Assembly: GCA_017961265.1 (NCBI GenBank)
Contig: JAGCXN010000021.1
Span: forward strand, 4,793-68,792
Direction: 5' to 3'
Length of the DNA: 64,000 nt
DNA from: Bacteroidales bacterium
GTDB taxonomy: Bacteria; Bacteroidota; Bacteroidia; Bacteroidales; WCHB1-69
A model generated the notes under the pieces. It was given only the letters and a program-made list of their open reading frames with translations. It did no database searches and was not told the origin of the DNA. Made by a program: the position numbers and the translations under genes. Positions 18,764 to 29,994 of this stretch are shown in pieces. How positions within the stretch are numbered: position 1 is the first letter of the stretch; the number at the start of each line of letters is the position of its first letter.

Positions 18764-20320
18764 TTAGAAGGGGAAGTCGCCCGCGCTGGACGAGGTTTCT
18801 GCATCGTCATTAAAGGAGGCGGGGATAGTGATCGTGGCCGATTCCTCTGCAGTATTCGGCGTGATGCCAGCGGTGGCGGAATCGATGAAAATGTCGTTCT
18901 CCACATCGTCGGCGAACTTGGTGAACTGGGCGTCGAAACGGACGCGCACGTCGGCAGTGGAGCCGTGACGGTTCTTGGCAATCTGAATTTCAGCCTTCCC
19001 TGCCGAGGGCGTGCCGTCGGCGAATGTCTCCATCTTGTAATATTCGGGACGGTAGATGAACATCACCTGGTCGGCATCCTGCTCAATAGAACCGGACTCA
19101 CGAAGGTCGGACAACTGCGGGCGTTTGTCGCCGCCACGCTGTTCCACCTGACGCGACAGCTGCGACAGGGCGATAACCGGCACATTAAGGTCTTTGGCCA
19201 AAGCCTTCAGCGAACGGGAGATCAAACTGATTTCCTGTTCACGATTGCCCTGACGGTTACGATCACTCTCGTTGTTGGCCTGCATCAGCTGCAAGTAGTC
19301 GATGATGATGAGGTCGATATCGTATTTGTGTTTGAGACGGCGGCACTTGGCACGGAGGTCAAAGATGGAAAGTCCAGGGGTATCGTCAATAATAAGTTTG
19401 TTGGTTTTAAGCACTTGCATCACGCTCATAAGCTGTTCCCACTCGCGGCCGTCGAGCTTGGCCTTGGAGATGCGGTCTGCGGCGATACCCGATTCGATAG
19501 CGAACAGACGGTGTGCGAGCTGGGAGGCCGACATTTCGAGGGAGAACAACGCCACACTCTTTTTGAAGTCGATGGCGGCATTGCGGGCAATGGAGAGCAC
19601 AAAGGAGGTCTTACCCATGCCGGGGCGGGCGGCGAGGATGACGAGGTCGGAGTTCTGCCAACCGCCGATTTTGTCGTCGATGGCGCGAATGCCGGTCGGA
19701 ACGCCGTTAAAACCGGAATCCATCTTCTGGATTTGGATGATCTCCTCCATCGCCTGATCGACAACCACGCTGAGTTCCTTGCTTTCGCGGCTGAAGTTAC
19801 CGTCCACGATGTTGAAGAGGTCTGTTTCTGCATCATCCAGAAGTTCAAGCACATCCTTGGGGTCGTCGTAGGCCTTCTTGCTGATATCACCGCAGATGGC
19901 GATGAGCTGGCGCAGGACGTGCCGTTCGCGGACGATGCGGGCGTGGTATTCAATATTGGCTGCGGAAGCCACCTTGTTGGTCAGCGAAGCGAGGTAGGAA
20001 AGTCCGCCTGCAGCCTCCAACTTCTTCTCCTTACGGAGCCAGTCCGAAACAGTCAGCAAATCAATAGGTTCATTCTCCTGAAAGAGCATCTTTGCTGCCC
20101 GATAAATCTCCTGATGCTGCTCCTTATAAAACATATCGGGCTGAAGGGTGTTCACCACATTGGTGATGGCATCACGGTCGAGCATCAGGGCTCCCAATAC
20201 AGCTTGCTCGAAATCCACCGCCTGCGGGGGCAATTTACCCACATTTCCCAGCGCATTCTCAATCGTCTGATAGGAAAATCTTGTTCCCGTCCTTGTCTCC
20301 GTTTTTTGTTCTTCCGCCAT
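18764..20320 (-). CDS. dnaB: replicative DNA helicase
   Basis: DnaB N-terminal domain (PPQAVDFEQAVLGALM), Walker A (ARPGMGKTSF) and a RecA-like C-terminus. Confidence 0.9.
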   Translation of the reverse strand: MAEEQKTETRTGTRFSYQTIENALGNVGKLPPQAVDFEQAVLGALMLDRDAITNVVNTLQPDMFYKEQHQEIYRAAKMLFQENEPIDLLTVSDWLRKEKKLEAAGGLSYLASLTNKVASAANIEYHARIVRERHVLRQLIAICGDISKKAYDDPKDVLELLDDAETDLFNIVDGNFSRESKELSVVVDQAMEEIIQIQKMDSGFNGVPTGIRAIDDKIGGWQNSDLVILAARPGMGKTSFVLSIARNAAIDFKKSVALFSLEMSASQLAHRLFAIESGIAADRISKAKLDGREWEQLMSVMQVLKTNKLIIDDTPGLSIFDLRAKCRRLKHKYDIDLIIIDYLQLMQANNESDRNRQGNREQEISLISRSLKALAKDLNVPVIALSQLSRQVEQRGGDKRPQLSDLRESGSIEQDADQVMFIYRPEYYKMETFADGTPSAGKAEIQIAKNRHGSTADVRVRFDAQFTKFADDVENDIFIDSATAGITPNTAEESATITIPASFNDDAETSSSAGDFPF

Positions 20321-20390
20321 AGTGAAAAAATTATCTTTAGGTTGATTCTCAACCTTTTATAAAATACAAATTATCTGATGTAAAGGGCGG

Positions 20391-20398
20391 CAAAGATA
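20391..20398 (-). promoter_or_regulatory. -7 box (TATCTTTG) for dnaB
   Basis: Lies 70 nt upstream of the dnaB ATG at 20320. Confidence 0.5.
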
Positions 20399-20461
20399 CA
20401 ATTAATTTCGGTTTTATACGTGGGTAATAAAAAGATTAAAGGATGAAAAAAGGAGGAGACA

Positions 20462-21106
20462 TCAACTCACCCCCTTATTTCTGAAAATTCCACGGTTTAG
20501 CTCCTGTAGGCGGCGGTTAGCCTCATCCAATTCCTCTTGCAAACGTGCGTTTTCCTCCATCATTTTGAAGTAGCCACTCGAATCAACAGGCTGTTTTCCA
20601 ATACGTTGTCCTACCTTGAAGGAAACAGCCGAAGAACCGTCCTGGTCGGAAATGCCGAAAATTTCATTGAGGAGGCGGCTGCACTCCTCCATCAGGTGGT
20701 GCTGTTCGGTACTATCGTCTGAAGACGCCATCTGCTGTAGTACAAAACGGAGGTCCACAATCGTGGAGTAGCTTTTCACCAGCATACGGGACAAAACGTG
20801 CGCCCGTCCGCTCTGCAACACCGTAGCCAACGTAAGCATTCCATCGGCTGTGAACGCAAAAACGGGCAATTTCGATTTCGGCACGCGGCAGAAGCGGTCG
20901 GTCTCCACCAATTTCCGATGCCAGCGGGTATCCTCCAAGAGCAACAGATCGTCACTATCGAACCGCAACAGGTTCGACTTCACCGCCTGCAAGATATCGT
21001 AGGTGGTCGTTTCCAAAAATTCGGCGACATCACAATCCAGCACCACGCGCTTTTCGCCCAAGACGGTGACTTTCGCCACCAGCAGGTCATCATTTTTTTC
21101 TTTCAT
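20462..21106 (-). CDS. ORF6N-domain protein with a C-terminal coiled coil
   Basis: The pattern VVLDCDVAEF...ILQAVKSNLLRF...PVFAFTADGMLTLATVLQS fits the ORF6N/KilA-N-like DNA-binding domain. The C-terminus (ENARLQEELDEANRRLQEL) looks coiled-coil. Confidence 0.6.
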   Translation of the reverse strand: MKEKNDDLLVAKVTVLGEKRVVLDCDVAEFLETTTYDILQAVKSNLLRFDSDDLLLLEDTRWHRKLVETDRFCRVPKSKLPVFAFTADGMLTLATVLQSGRAHVLSRMLVKSYSTIVDLRFVLQQMASSDDSTEQHHLMEECSRLLNEIFGISDQDGSSAVSFKVGQRIGKQPVDSSGYFKMMEENARLQEELDEANRRLQELNRGIFRNKGVS

Positions 21107-21132
21107 ACGCTAAAATTTTAAAATTACAGAGG

Positions 21133-21140
21133 CAAAGATA
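21133..21140 (-). promoter_or_regulatory. -7 box (TATCTTTG) for the ORF6N gene
   Basis: Lies 26 nt upstream of the ATG at 21106. Confidence 0.5.
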
Positions 21141-21332
21141 CGTTGAACACGTATGCAAGTCAATAGTAACTTCAAAAATATTTCACTGATTTTCAGCGAA
21201 ATAAATAGCAGTTTTTAAGAAATAAAATGCACTTTTTAACAAAGAAATCCACTTATCGACAAAAAACGACCGGTTCTCAGAAACAGGAGCCAGTCGTATA
21301 CAAGATGATTTTTCGGAATTTTTTCTCCAATT

Positions 21333-22112
21333 TTAGTAATAGTCAAATCTCAGATGCTTGACGGTCCAGCCTTTGTTGATGAGCTGCTTGAGGGAATCAA
21401 TGCCGATTTTGAGGTGTTCGAGGGCGTAGTTTTTGGTCACCAGTTTATCAGATTTTTCGGTTTTGATGCCATCGGGAAGCATCGGCTGGTCGGAGACGAG
21501 CAGCAGCGCACCGGTGGGGATGCGGTTGTAGAATCCCACCGAGAAAAGTGTAGCGGTCTCCATATCCACGGCAGTGGTACGGATTCGGCGCAGGTACTGT
21601 TTGAACTCTTCGTCATGTTCCCACACGCGGCGGTTGGTAGTATAGACCGTACCCGTCCAGTACTCCCGTTCGTAGTCACGGATGGTGGTGGATATGGCCT
21701 TCTGTAGGTTAAATGCCGGCAAGGCAGGCACTTCCGGCGGGAAATAGTCGTTCGATGTACCCTCACCCCGGATAGCCGCAATTGGCAATATCAGCTCGCC
21801 TAACCCGATATAGTCCTTCAGGCTGCCCGTTTTTCCAAGAAAAAGGACGGCTTTGGGCATCACTGCGGTCAGCAGATCCATAATGGTGGCTGCCATCGGG
21901 CTGCCCATCTGGAAATTCACAATCGTGATATCGTCTTTTGTCGCGCTCTGCATCGGACGATCCAAGCCGCACACCTCCGTATCCATAATCTCTGCAAAAT
22001 GATAGATATAGTCACGGAAATTTGTGAGCAACACGTATTTACCGAAATTCTCAACTGGAACGCCCGTGTAACGCGGCAGCCAGTTTTCCACAATTTCTTG
22101 CTTGCTATTCAT
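21333..22112 (-). CDS. amn: AMP nucleosidase (short Bacteroidetes form, PNP_UDP_1 fold)
   Basis: 259 aa. The N-terminus (WLPRYTG...FGKYVLLTNF) and the GSxxG/DMET motifs (VDMETATLF) are typical of this family. Confidence 0.6.
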   Translation of the reverse strand: MNSKQEIVENWLPRYTGVPVENFGKYVLLTNFRDYIYHFAEIMDTEVCGLDRPMQSATKDDITIVNFQMGSPMAATIMDLLTAVMPKAVLFLGKTGSLKDYIGLGELILPIAAIRGEGTSNDYFPPEVPALPAFNLQKAISTTIRDYEREYWTGTVYTTNRRVWEHDEEFKQYLRRIRTTAVDMETATLFSVGFYNRIPTGALLLVSDQPMLPDGIKTEKSDKLVTKNYALEHLKIGIDSLKQLINKGWTVKHLRFDYY

Positions 22113-22141
22113 AACTTTTTCTTTCTGAAAAAAAATCGTGG

Positions 22142-22149
22142 CAAAAATA
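22142..22149 (-). promoter_or_regulatory. -7 box (TATTTTTG) for amn
   Basis: Lies 29 nt upstream of the ATG at 22112. Confidence 0.5.
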
Positions 22150-22183
22150 AGACTAATTCATAGATAATTGCAGATTAAAAGTG

Positions 22184-22191
22184 TATCTTTG
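22184..22191 (+). promoter_or_regulatory. -7 box TATCTTTG for tsaE
   Basis: Lies 17 nt upstream of the ATG at 22209, divergent from the amn promoter. Confidence 0.5.
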
Positions 22192-22208
22192 CAAACTTTT
22201 TTCAAAAC

Positions 22209-22628
22209 ATGGAACTCACGATACATTCCGAAAACGAGCTGTATGAGGCGGGGCAGAAGCTCTTGTCTAAATTTCCCGATGCCCGCGTCTTTTGCTTTTA
22301 TGGAGAGATGGGTGCCGGCAAGACCACCTTCATCAAGGAGATCTGCCGCGGCCTCGGTGTCAGCGACACCACCTCCAGTCCCACTTTCGCCATCGTTAAC
22401 GAATACCTCACCGAGGAAGGCGAATCCATCTATCACTTTGATTTCTACCGGATTGAAAAACTGGAGGATGCCTACGAAATCGGCGTGGAGGATTACCTCT
22501 ACAGCGGCAACTACTGCTTCATCGAGTGGGCGGAAAACATCGCGCCGCTCGTCCAACCCGACTTCATCAAAGTCCACATTACGGTCGGCAGTGACGGCGG
22601 TCGGACCATACGCACAACATTAAAATAA
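22209..22628 (+). CDS. tsaE: tRNA t6A37 threonylcarbamoyl-transfer ATPase TsaE
   Basis: Walker A (GEMGAGKTTF), SPTFA and HFDFYR motifs. 139 aa. Confidence 0.85.
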   Translation: MELTIHSENELYEAGQKLLSKFPDARVFCFYGEMGAGKTTFIKEICRGLGVSDTTSSPTFAIVNEYLTEEGESIYHFDFYRIEKLEDAYEIGVEDYLYSGNYCFIEWAENIAPLVQPDFIKVHITVGSDGGRTIRTTLK

Positions 22629-22637
22629 TAGGATCCA

Positions 22638-23294
22638 ATGATTACCGACGACAACTATTCTCCGGAGACGCAGCGTGAGGCTGTCGGGCAGGCAACCGCC
22701 CACCGCAACTTTGCCGTCGGTTTTCTCAAAGGAAACACGCTGACACCGGCAAAAGACATCGTCATCACGCCACAATGCGTCAAAAAACTGGTTGATAGCG
22801 AAATACCCGTCTTTATCGAACGCAAATTGGGCAAAGGTGCTGACTATATCGACTTGGATTATGCCGATGTAGGCGCCACCATTGAGGAAGAACCCGCAAG
22901 GATTTTCCGCAATGCCAAAATCATCGTGTGCCTCTCTCCTTTCACAGAAACGGAAATTTGGAATCTGGCTGAGGAGCAGATCATCATCACCCCCTTCCCG
23001 GAAGATCTGACAACGCCCAAACTGCTTGCCGCTATACAGGCCCGAAAAATCACCGCCATCTCGCTCAACCTTATCCAGAATGTGGAGGGTGATGAGTTCC
23101 TTCAGGACATCATCCACACCAAGGAGGGCCCGTGGGTGGCGTCGGCAGCACTGTGCAACACCATCCTTTCGCTCATTTTCCCGCTGGTTTTCAACGATAA
23201 CCTCAGCTACGCATTGCAAGCAAGCCCGCTGTTAGGCAAAGCTCTGTACAGTTACAAAGGCACTCTAATGAACAGCGGTGAGTCTCACACCTAG
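22638..23294 (+). CDS. alanine-dehydrogenase/PNT N-terminal-domain-like protein lacking an NAD-binding domain
   Basis: Weak resemblance to the AlaDH_PNT_N fold (VGFLKGNT...RVAITP-like ITPQCVKKL). There is no GxGxxG motif. Its 3' end overlaps the convergent dgt-like gene by 4 nt. Confidence 0.3.
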   Translation: MITDDNYSPETQREAVGQATAHRNFAVGFLKGNTLTPAKDIVITPQCVKKLVDSEIPVFIERKLGKGADYIDLDYADVGATIEEEPARIFRNAKIIVCLSPFTETEIWNLAEEQIIITPFPEDLTTPKLLAAIQARKITAISLNLIQNVEGDEFLQDIIHTKEGPWVASAALCNTILSLIFPLVFNDNLSYALQASPLLGKALYSYKGTLMNSGESHT

Positions 23295-24460
23295 AACGTT
23301 CCCTTCCCGTGGCGGAAGAAAATCGGCTGCGGGATGGAAATCTCGTGCATACACTCGATAGCAAAACGGTCGGTCATTCCCGACAGATAATCCGTAACAA
23401 TTTGTTTTCCAGTATCTTCCAATGATTGTTTTTCCGCTGCGGCTTCCTGCTGGTAGAACGACCGCATCGTGCGCATGTAGTCCACAAAGTAGGTATCGAG
23501 CGTGCGGCTTGGCGTGCCGGCATACTCGCCCGAAGCCATATCGAAAGAGCCGTAAATCTTCTGTAAATGATGGAACAGGGCGACGATGATGTTCTCGCAG
23601 GCCGTCTCCACCTCCTTCAGACGGGGGTGCGCGTAAATCCGCTGGGTGTTGAACTTGATCAGCTCGAGCATCATCTCGAAGGCCTCGTCCGAGACGGCGA
23701 TGGCCGCCTCCGTGGAGTGGTCCACCACGTCGTTCACCAGAAAGTTGATGATGTTGCTGTTGGTATCCCCGATTCTGTCACGCACCTTCTGCGGGATGTC
23801 GTTGCTGCCGATGAAGCCAGCCACCATCGCGTCCTCGATGTCACGGCCGAGGTAGGCGATCTTGTCTGAAAAACGGACGATGGCGCCCTCGTAGGTGGAA
23901 GGCAGGAAGTTGCGCGTGCGGATGGCGTCCAAGTCCTTCACCGTTGGGTCGGGCGTAATGAACTGCTCGTACTTTTCGCCGTTGTGGCAGATGATGCCGT
24001 CCTTCACGGCGTAGGTAAGGTTGAGGCCACGCCCGCCGTCAATCAGCTTCTCCACCACGCGGTAGCTGTTGACCTCGTGCATGAACTTGTCCTTGCCGCC
24101 CAAGATGGTGGCGATGGCCTTCTCGCCCGAATGTCCGAACGGCGTGTGCCCGAGATCGTGCCCGAGACTGATGGCATAGGCGAGGTCCTCGTTCAGCTGC
24201 CATCCCTCCCCTTTCGAGTTGAGCCCGCGGCAGATGGTAGCAGCGATGGTAGCCACATGTAGCACATGCTCGATGCGGGTGCAGATGTGGTCGTCGTTGG
24301 GACTGAAAAAGACCTGTGTCTTGTGTTTCAGGCGGCGGAACGGCTTGGAATGGAGGATGGCGGTCTGGTCACGGTAATAGCAGCCGCGGATGTCATCGGC
24401 GCGGGGCACGGAGCGACGCTCCAAATCTTCGGAAGGTATTCTGTTTGTAATCATACACAA
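23291..24460 (-). CDS. dGTPase-like HD-domain deoxynucleoside triphosphate triphosphohydrolase
   Basis: HD motifs (TRIEHVLHVATIA, LGHDLGHTPFGH), FRRLKHKTQVF and a DRFAIE C-terminus. Confidence 0.75.
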   Translation of the reverse strand: MCMITNRIPSEDLERRSVPRADDIRGCYYRDQTAILHSKPFRRLKHKTQVFFSPNDDHICTRIEHVLHVATIAATICRGLNSKGEGWQLNEDLAYAISLGHDLGHTPFGHSGEKAIATILGGKDKFMHEVNSYRVVEKLIDGGRGLNLTYAVKDGIICHNGEKYEQFITPDPTVKDLDAIRTRNFLPSTYEGAIVRFSDKIAYLGRDIEDAMVAGFIGSNDIPQKVRDRIGDTNSNIINFLVNDVVDHSTEAAIAVSDEAFEMMLELIKFNTQRIYAHPRLKEVETACENIIVALFHHLQKIYGSFDMASGEYAGTPSRTLDTYFVDYMRTMRSFYQQEAAAEKQSLEDTGKQIVTDYLSGMTDRFAIECMHEISIPQPIFFRHGKGTF

Positions 24461-25375
24461 TCAGTTAAGGGATTTCGGTGCCGCCGGCCGCTGCACACAG
24501 AATACACCGGCGATAACCACAAGCGTCCCTAATATTTTATATAATGTAAACTTTTCGTCAATGACAAAATAGGCGGCGCCGGCCGTCACAATCGGAATCA
24601 GATTGGTGAAGATGTTGGATCGGGCCAACCCGACCTTCTGCAACGCGATGACATACAGCACAAAGGCAAGGGCCGAACAGAACACCGTAAGCAGTACGAT
24701 GTTGAGAGCCACGCCCGGCAACGCCAACGCCGCAAACTGCGCCCGCATGCCAGCCACTCCGTGCATCAGCACGAACAACGGTAGGAACAGGAAGAAGCCC
24801 ATTACGTTCTGGCACGCGACGATAAAGACGGAATGGAACCGGTCGTTGATGGTACGGATGAAATAGCTGTACCCAACCGAGGCTGCCACCGCACCGAAAG
24901 CCAGCAGGATGCCGTAAGGGTTGAACGATACATCTGAGAACTCCGGCAGCAACATCACTACGATGCCCACCACCGACAAAAAAACGCCGAACACGTTGAA
25001 GGCGGAAAGGTTCTCCTTGAAATAGAACACCGACATCAGCACCGTGAAAATCGGGATGGTGGCGATGATGACCGAAACAATGGTGGCATCGGTCACTTTC
25101 AGACTGTAAGTTTCAAAAATGAAATAGAGAAACGGCTCAAAAAAACTGAGTGCCAACAGGTTGAGCCACTCTTTTCGGGTAATTTCGCGCAACGGCTGCG
25201 GGAAAAACAGCCAGCAGCAGACACCCAACAGCACCGAGGCGAGGGTAACACGGAAAAAAATGAGAGCGATAGGGGTTACGTGGGACAGCAGCGACTTGGA
25301 GAAAATGAAAGAGAGACCCCAGAAGGAGACAGCCAGAACAAGAAAAAGATAGCTGAGTCCGTTGCGCTGCTTCAT
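24461..25375 (-). CDS. EamA/DMT-family transporter
   Basis: Ten predicted TM segments arranged as two EamA-like halves. 304 aa. Confidence 0.75.
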   Translation of the reverse strand: MKQRNGLSYLFLVLAVSFWGLSFIFSKSLLSHVTPIALIFFRVTLASVLLGVCCWLFFPQPLREITRKEWLNLLALSFFEPFLYFIFETYSLKVTDATIVSVIIATIPIFTVLMSVFYFKENLSAFNVFGVFLSVVGIVVMLLPEFSDVSFNPYGILLAFGAVAASVGYSYFIRTINDRFHSVFIVACQNVMGFFLFLPLFVLMHGVAGMRAQFAALALPGVALNIVLLTVFCSALAFVLYVIALQKVGLARSNIFTNLIPIVTAGAAYFVIDEKFTLYKILGTLVVIAGVFCVQRPAAPKSLN

Positions 25376-25387
25376 GTTACGTTCGAG

Positions 25388-25420
25388 AAAAAAAAGAGAG
25401 AACCAAAGTTCTCTCTTTTT
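25388..25420. terminator. bidirectional rho-independent terminator after secG
   Basis: A7-AGAGAGAAC-caaa-GTTCTCTCT-T4. Confidence 0.75.
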
Positions 25421-25440
25421 CTATGTTTTACAAAAATATA

Positions 25441-25722
25441 TTACTCTTCGGAAGTGGTTTGTTCGGTCTGCGCGGCTCTGCTACCGTAGCGGTCAGAGAA
25501 TTCCTTCTTGGTGATAAAAGCGCAACTGAGACAGAGGACCAGAATGGCAATGGCCAGACCCCATGTAATCTTCTCAATCAGGTCGGTAGTTTTGCGAACA
25601 CCCATAATCTGGTTGGAGCCTGCAAAGTTGGAAGCGAGACCGCCGCCCTTCGAATCCTGAATAAGGACAACAAAACCCAATGCGATGGCGGCAATGATAA
25701 TTAAAACGACAAGTATCTGCAT
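25441..25722 (-). CDS. secG: preprotein translocase subunit SecG
   Basis: Two TM helices flank LIQDSKGGGLASNFAGSNQIMG, the SecG signature loop. Confidence 0.75.
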   Translation of the reverse strand: MQILVVLIIIAAIALGFVVLIQDSKGGGLASNFAGSNQIMGVRKTTDLIEKITWGLAIAILVLCLSCAFITKKEFSDRYGSRAAQTEQTTSEE

Positions 25723-25738
25723 TTTTTAAACTGTTTAA

Positions 25739-26332
25739 CTATTGATTCTTACTATTTTTTATTTCTGAAATTTGGGCTGCAAAATAACAACTTTTTTCTG
25801 GAAAAAGCAAGGATAATTTTTTATAAATTTTTATCGCCTTCCCAGGATAGCCTTGTTGATAGTAAAGTCTTGCTAATGTTTCACTTATAATATCTGGATC
25901 TTCCACAAGGCTGGATTTGCTGTAATTGACAGTGGCATCATGCCGTTCTGGATCGAATTGAATTTTCGGGGTTTCCACATCCAATTCCTCAATCAGACTG
26001 CTGATAATGGCATTTTGGTCTGCGGGGGCGGGCTGTGGATCCTCTTCCACCACAGGCGTGGCGGTAAAAATGTGTTCCTCTGACAACTGCGTAACAGGCT
26101 CTTCCGATTCGTCAAAGCGATGGCGGGCGAAGCGGGCACGATCCGACACGTACAGCATATGCCGTGCCTTCTCACGCTCAAATTCTTCAGGATGAAGCCG
26201 TTGTAACATCTTGGCATAATAAAACGCCGTAAACGACGATGCGGGATATTTTTCACACATTGTCCGCAAATAGTCAAGGCTGCTTTCGTCCACAATTACA
26301 AAGTTGTCATTCATATTATTGAGAATTACCAA
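25739..26332 (-). CDS. hypothetical protein with a C-terminal TPR-like motif
   Basis: [26 protein letters not shown] is TPR-like. The gene keeps a conserved-looking position between the lptE-like gene and secG. The start may be the ATG at 26314. Confidence 0.35.
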   Translation of the reverse strand: MVILNNMNDNFVIVDESSLDYLRTMCEKYPASSFTAFYYAKMLQRLHPEEFEREKARHMLYVSDRARFARHRFDESEEPVTQLSEEHIFTATPVVEEDPQPAPADQNAIISSLIEELDVETPKIQFDPERHDATVNYSKSSLVEDPDIISETLARLYYQQGYPGKAIKIYKKLSLLFPEKSCYFAAQISEIKNSKNQ

Positions 26333-26859
26333 TTTACAAATGCCTTATTGAAGATATCCTCCGTGAGTGCATCGTTGATATTCTGGACGAGGCTGCTTTC
26401 GATGGAGGTGAAGTTTTGGGTGCTGGAATAATCGACGTAGCGGGAGAAGGACTGTTCGAAGTTCTGGGTGTCGTCGAACGTGTTGGTGAAGCGCACGTTG
26501 ACGGTGATGGTGAGCCGGTTCATCGCGGCGGTTTCATCGCCTTGGATGGCCACGGGGTTGATGGAATAGCCCGTAATCTCGCCCTCTATCTTGTAGTCGC
26601 CGTTCTGGGTGTCGATAATGGTGAGCGGAGTCTGTCCTTGGATACGGTCCTTGAGGGCACTGGTGAACGCATCGCTCAGTGTAGGGTTGACCAAGGTGGC
26701 GTTATTTCGGAAGGTCTGGACATAGACGGTCTTGGCCCGTGGATCAACGTTGCCACCGGTAAGGGAAACCGAAAGCCGGCAACCCACCAGCACACAAGCG
26801 GCTACCATCACAAGAAACACCTTCTTGAAAAATCCGCAACTATTTGTTTTCCAACCCAT
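26326..26859 (-). CDS. lptE: LptE-like LPS-assembly lipoprotein
   Basis: Lipobox (VLVGC) followed by [29 protein letters not shown], which is typical of Bacteroidetes LptE-like proteins. Confidence 0.5.
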   Translation of the reverse strand: MGWKTNSCGFFKKVFLVMVAACVLVGCRLSVSLTGGNVDPRAKTVYVQTFRNNATLVNPTLSDAFTSALKDRIQGQTPLTIIDTQNGDYKIEGEITGYSINPVAIQGDETAAMNRLTITVNVRFTNTFDDTQNFEQSFSRYVDYSSTQNFTSIESSLVQNINDALTEDIFNKAFVNW

Positions 26860-28081
26860 AATCCTTGATTTTGCGATAAAGTGTCCTTTCGGAAATGCCG
26901 AGCTCTTTGGCAGTGTTCTTCCGGCTGCCTTCGTGCTTCTTCAAAGCGGCGATGATGGCCCGTCGCTCCTGTGAGGCTAACGACTCGTCGTCCGCCGCCA
27001 CCTCCTCGTGCGTCACATCCACTGGCTCGCTCTCCACCACCCGCACAGGCGTAACGTCTTCGGGCGACGGCAGCTGCAACGGCTGCTCACGGCGCAGCGA
27101 GGAAGTATAGCCCTCCTGCGGCTTAGCGACGTTATGGCTATGTATAATCAACTCATAGACAATCTGTTTCAGGTTCGCCACCTCCACTTGCAACTTCTGT
27201 ACCTGCTGCAACAGCGACTCCTGATTGTACTGCTGGCGTTCGTCGCTACCGGCAGAGTAAAGAGTGACGGGATGAACCGGACGGTTCTCCATATCCAGAT
27301 ATTTCTGCATCACCTCGGCAGTCACGTTACGTTCCACCTCCATAAACGAAAGTTTCTCGGCGAAATTCTTGAGCTGCCGCACATTACCCGGCCACGGGAA
27401 ATTTTCCAAAAGTTTTTCCGCCTCTTCGGTGAGAGAAATGCGTTCAATCTTGTAACGTTCGGCTGTCTCCTGCGCGAAACGGACAAACAACGGGTAGATG
27501 TCGCCGCGCCGTTCGCGGAGGCTCGGCAGGTAAATGGTGATGGTGTTCAGACGGTAGTATAGATCAGGGCGGAAGCGGCCGTTCTGCATCATTGCCATCA
27601 GGTCGGCGTTGGTCGCGGCCACCACGCGCACATCGGTATGACGTTCCTCACTGTCGCCCACCCGCACGTAAGTGCCGGTTTCCAGGACACGCAGCAGGCG
27701 AACCTGCACCTTCAGCGGCATATTGCCCAACTCGTCCAAAAAGAGCGTGCCCCCGTTGGCCGACTCAAAGAGCCCGACACGGTCGGCAACAGCGTCAGTA
27801 AAGGAGCCTTTCTTGTGTCCGAAAAGTTCGGACTCAATCGTACCCTCCGGCGTGCTTCCGCAGTCTATCGTCAAATAGGCATTGCGCCGGCGATCGCTGT
27901 AGTCGTGGATGATACGGGCGATATTTTCCTTGCCTGCACCCGTCTCACCAATAATCAGCACAGGAAAGTCGGTCGGCGCCACACGGACCGCCATCCGCAA
28001 CGCCTCCTCAAAGGCGGGATCCGTCCCGACAATTCCGTAACGGTTCTTCAATGAAACTAAATCAATTTCCTTTCTCGGCAT
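26840..28081 (-). CDS. sigma-54-dependent transcriptional activator (AAA+ domain plus Fis-type HTH, no receiver domain)
   Basis: Walker A (GETGAGKE), ESELFGH, a GAFTGA-like GSFTDA, Walker B (LFLDELG) and the C-terminal [23 protein letters not shown]. Confidence 0.8.
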   Translation of the reverse strand: MPRKEIDLVSLKNRYGIVGTDPAFEEALRMAVRVAPTDFPVLIIGETGAGKENIARIIHDYSDRRRNAYLTIDCGSTPEGTIESELFGHKKGSFTDAVADRVGLFESANGGTLFLDELGNMPLKVQVRLLRVLETGTYVRVGDSEERHTDVRVVAATNADLMAMMQNGRFRPDLYYRLNTITIYLPSLRERRGDIYPLFVRFAQETAERYKIERISLTEEAEKLLENFPWPGNVRQLKNFAEKLSFMEVERNVTAEVMQKYLDMENRPVHPVTLYSAGSDERQQYNQESLLQQVQKLQVEVANLKQIVYELIIHSHNVAKPQEGYTSSLRREQPLQLPSPEDVTPVRVVESEPVDVTHEEVAADDESLASQERRAIIAALKKHEGSRKNTAKELGISERTLYRKIKDYGLENK

Positions 28082-28100
28082 ACTTTTCTAAAAAGGGGTG

Positions 28101-28108
28101 CAAAAGTA
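28101..28108 (-). promoter_or_regulatory. -7 box (TACTTTTG) for the sigma-54 activator operon
   Basis: Lies 19 nt upstream of the ATG at 28081. Confidence 0.5.
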
Positions 28109-28177
28109 CGACTTTTTTCCCATAAAAATTGAAGTGAAAAATATTTTTGAGAGCGACGAGGGTAAGGAAAAAACGTG

Positions 28178-28185
28178 TAAATTTG
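28178..28185 (+). promoter_or_regulatory. -7 box TAAATTTG for atpDC
   Basis: Lies 55 nt upstream of the ATG at 28241. Confidence 0.5.
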
Positions 28186-28201
28186 CACCCGCTTTTTGTA
28201 G

Positions 28202-29746
<1,545 letters not shown>

Positions 29747-29754
29747 CCGTCGCG

Positions 29755-29991
29755 ATGAATCTGGAAATTGTCACACCCGACAAAGAATTGTACTCCGGCG
29801 AAGCATCTCTGGTACAGCTGCCTGGCATCGATGGGTTGTTTGAAATTCTGAACAGCCACGCCCCCCTGATCTCCGCCCTCAAGAAAGGGAAAGTCAAGGT
29901 GGTGGATGCGCAGAACGAGACAAAGTTCTTCGAAGTGCGCGGCGGCGTGGTCGAAGTGCTGAACAACAAAGTGCTGGTTCTGGCAGAGTAA
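29755..29991 (+). CDS. atpC: F0F1 ATP synthase subunit epsilon (short form)
   Basis: Lies immediately after atpD and has the beta-sandwich N-domain pattern (LEIVTPDKELYSGEASLVQLPG). Confidence 0.8.
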   Translation: MNLEIVTPDKELYSGEASLVQLPGIDGLFEILNSHAPLISALKKGKVKVVDAQNETKFFEVRGGVVEVLNNKVLVLAE

Positions 29992-29994
29992 CGA

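Noticed and set aside
18467-20362. 631-aa plus-strand ORF
   Set aside because: It is antisense to dnaB and smpB, which carry clear family motifs. It is a shadow ORF typical of moderately GC-rich coding DNA.
20462-21106. The ORF6N gene as a marker of a prophage or mobile element
   Set aside because: There are no flanking phage, integrase or transfer genes. The gene sits between dnaB and amn with its own promoter, so it is treated as an isolated regulator-like gene.
26840-28081. The sigma-54 activator as part of a novel signalling system
   Set aside because: Its arrangement with the lptE-like gene, a TPR-like protein and secG looks like a conserved housekeeping cluster. There is no adjacent sensor kinase or unusual partner.
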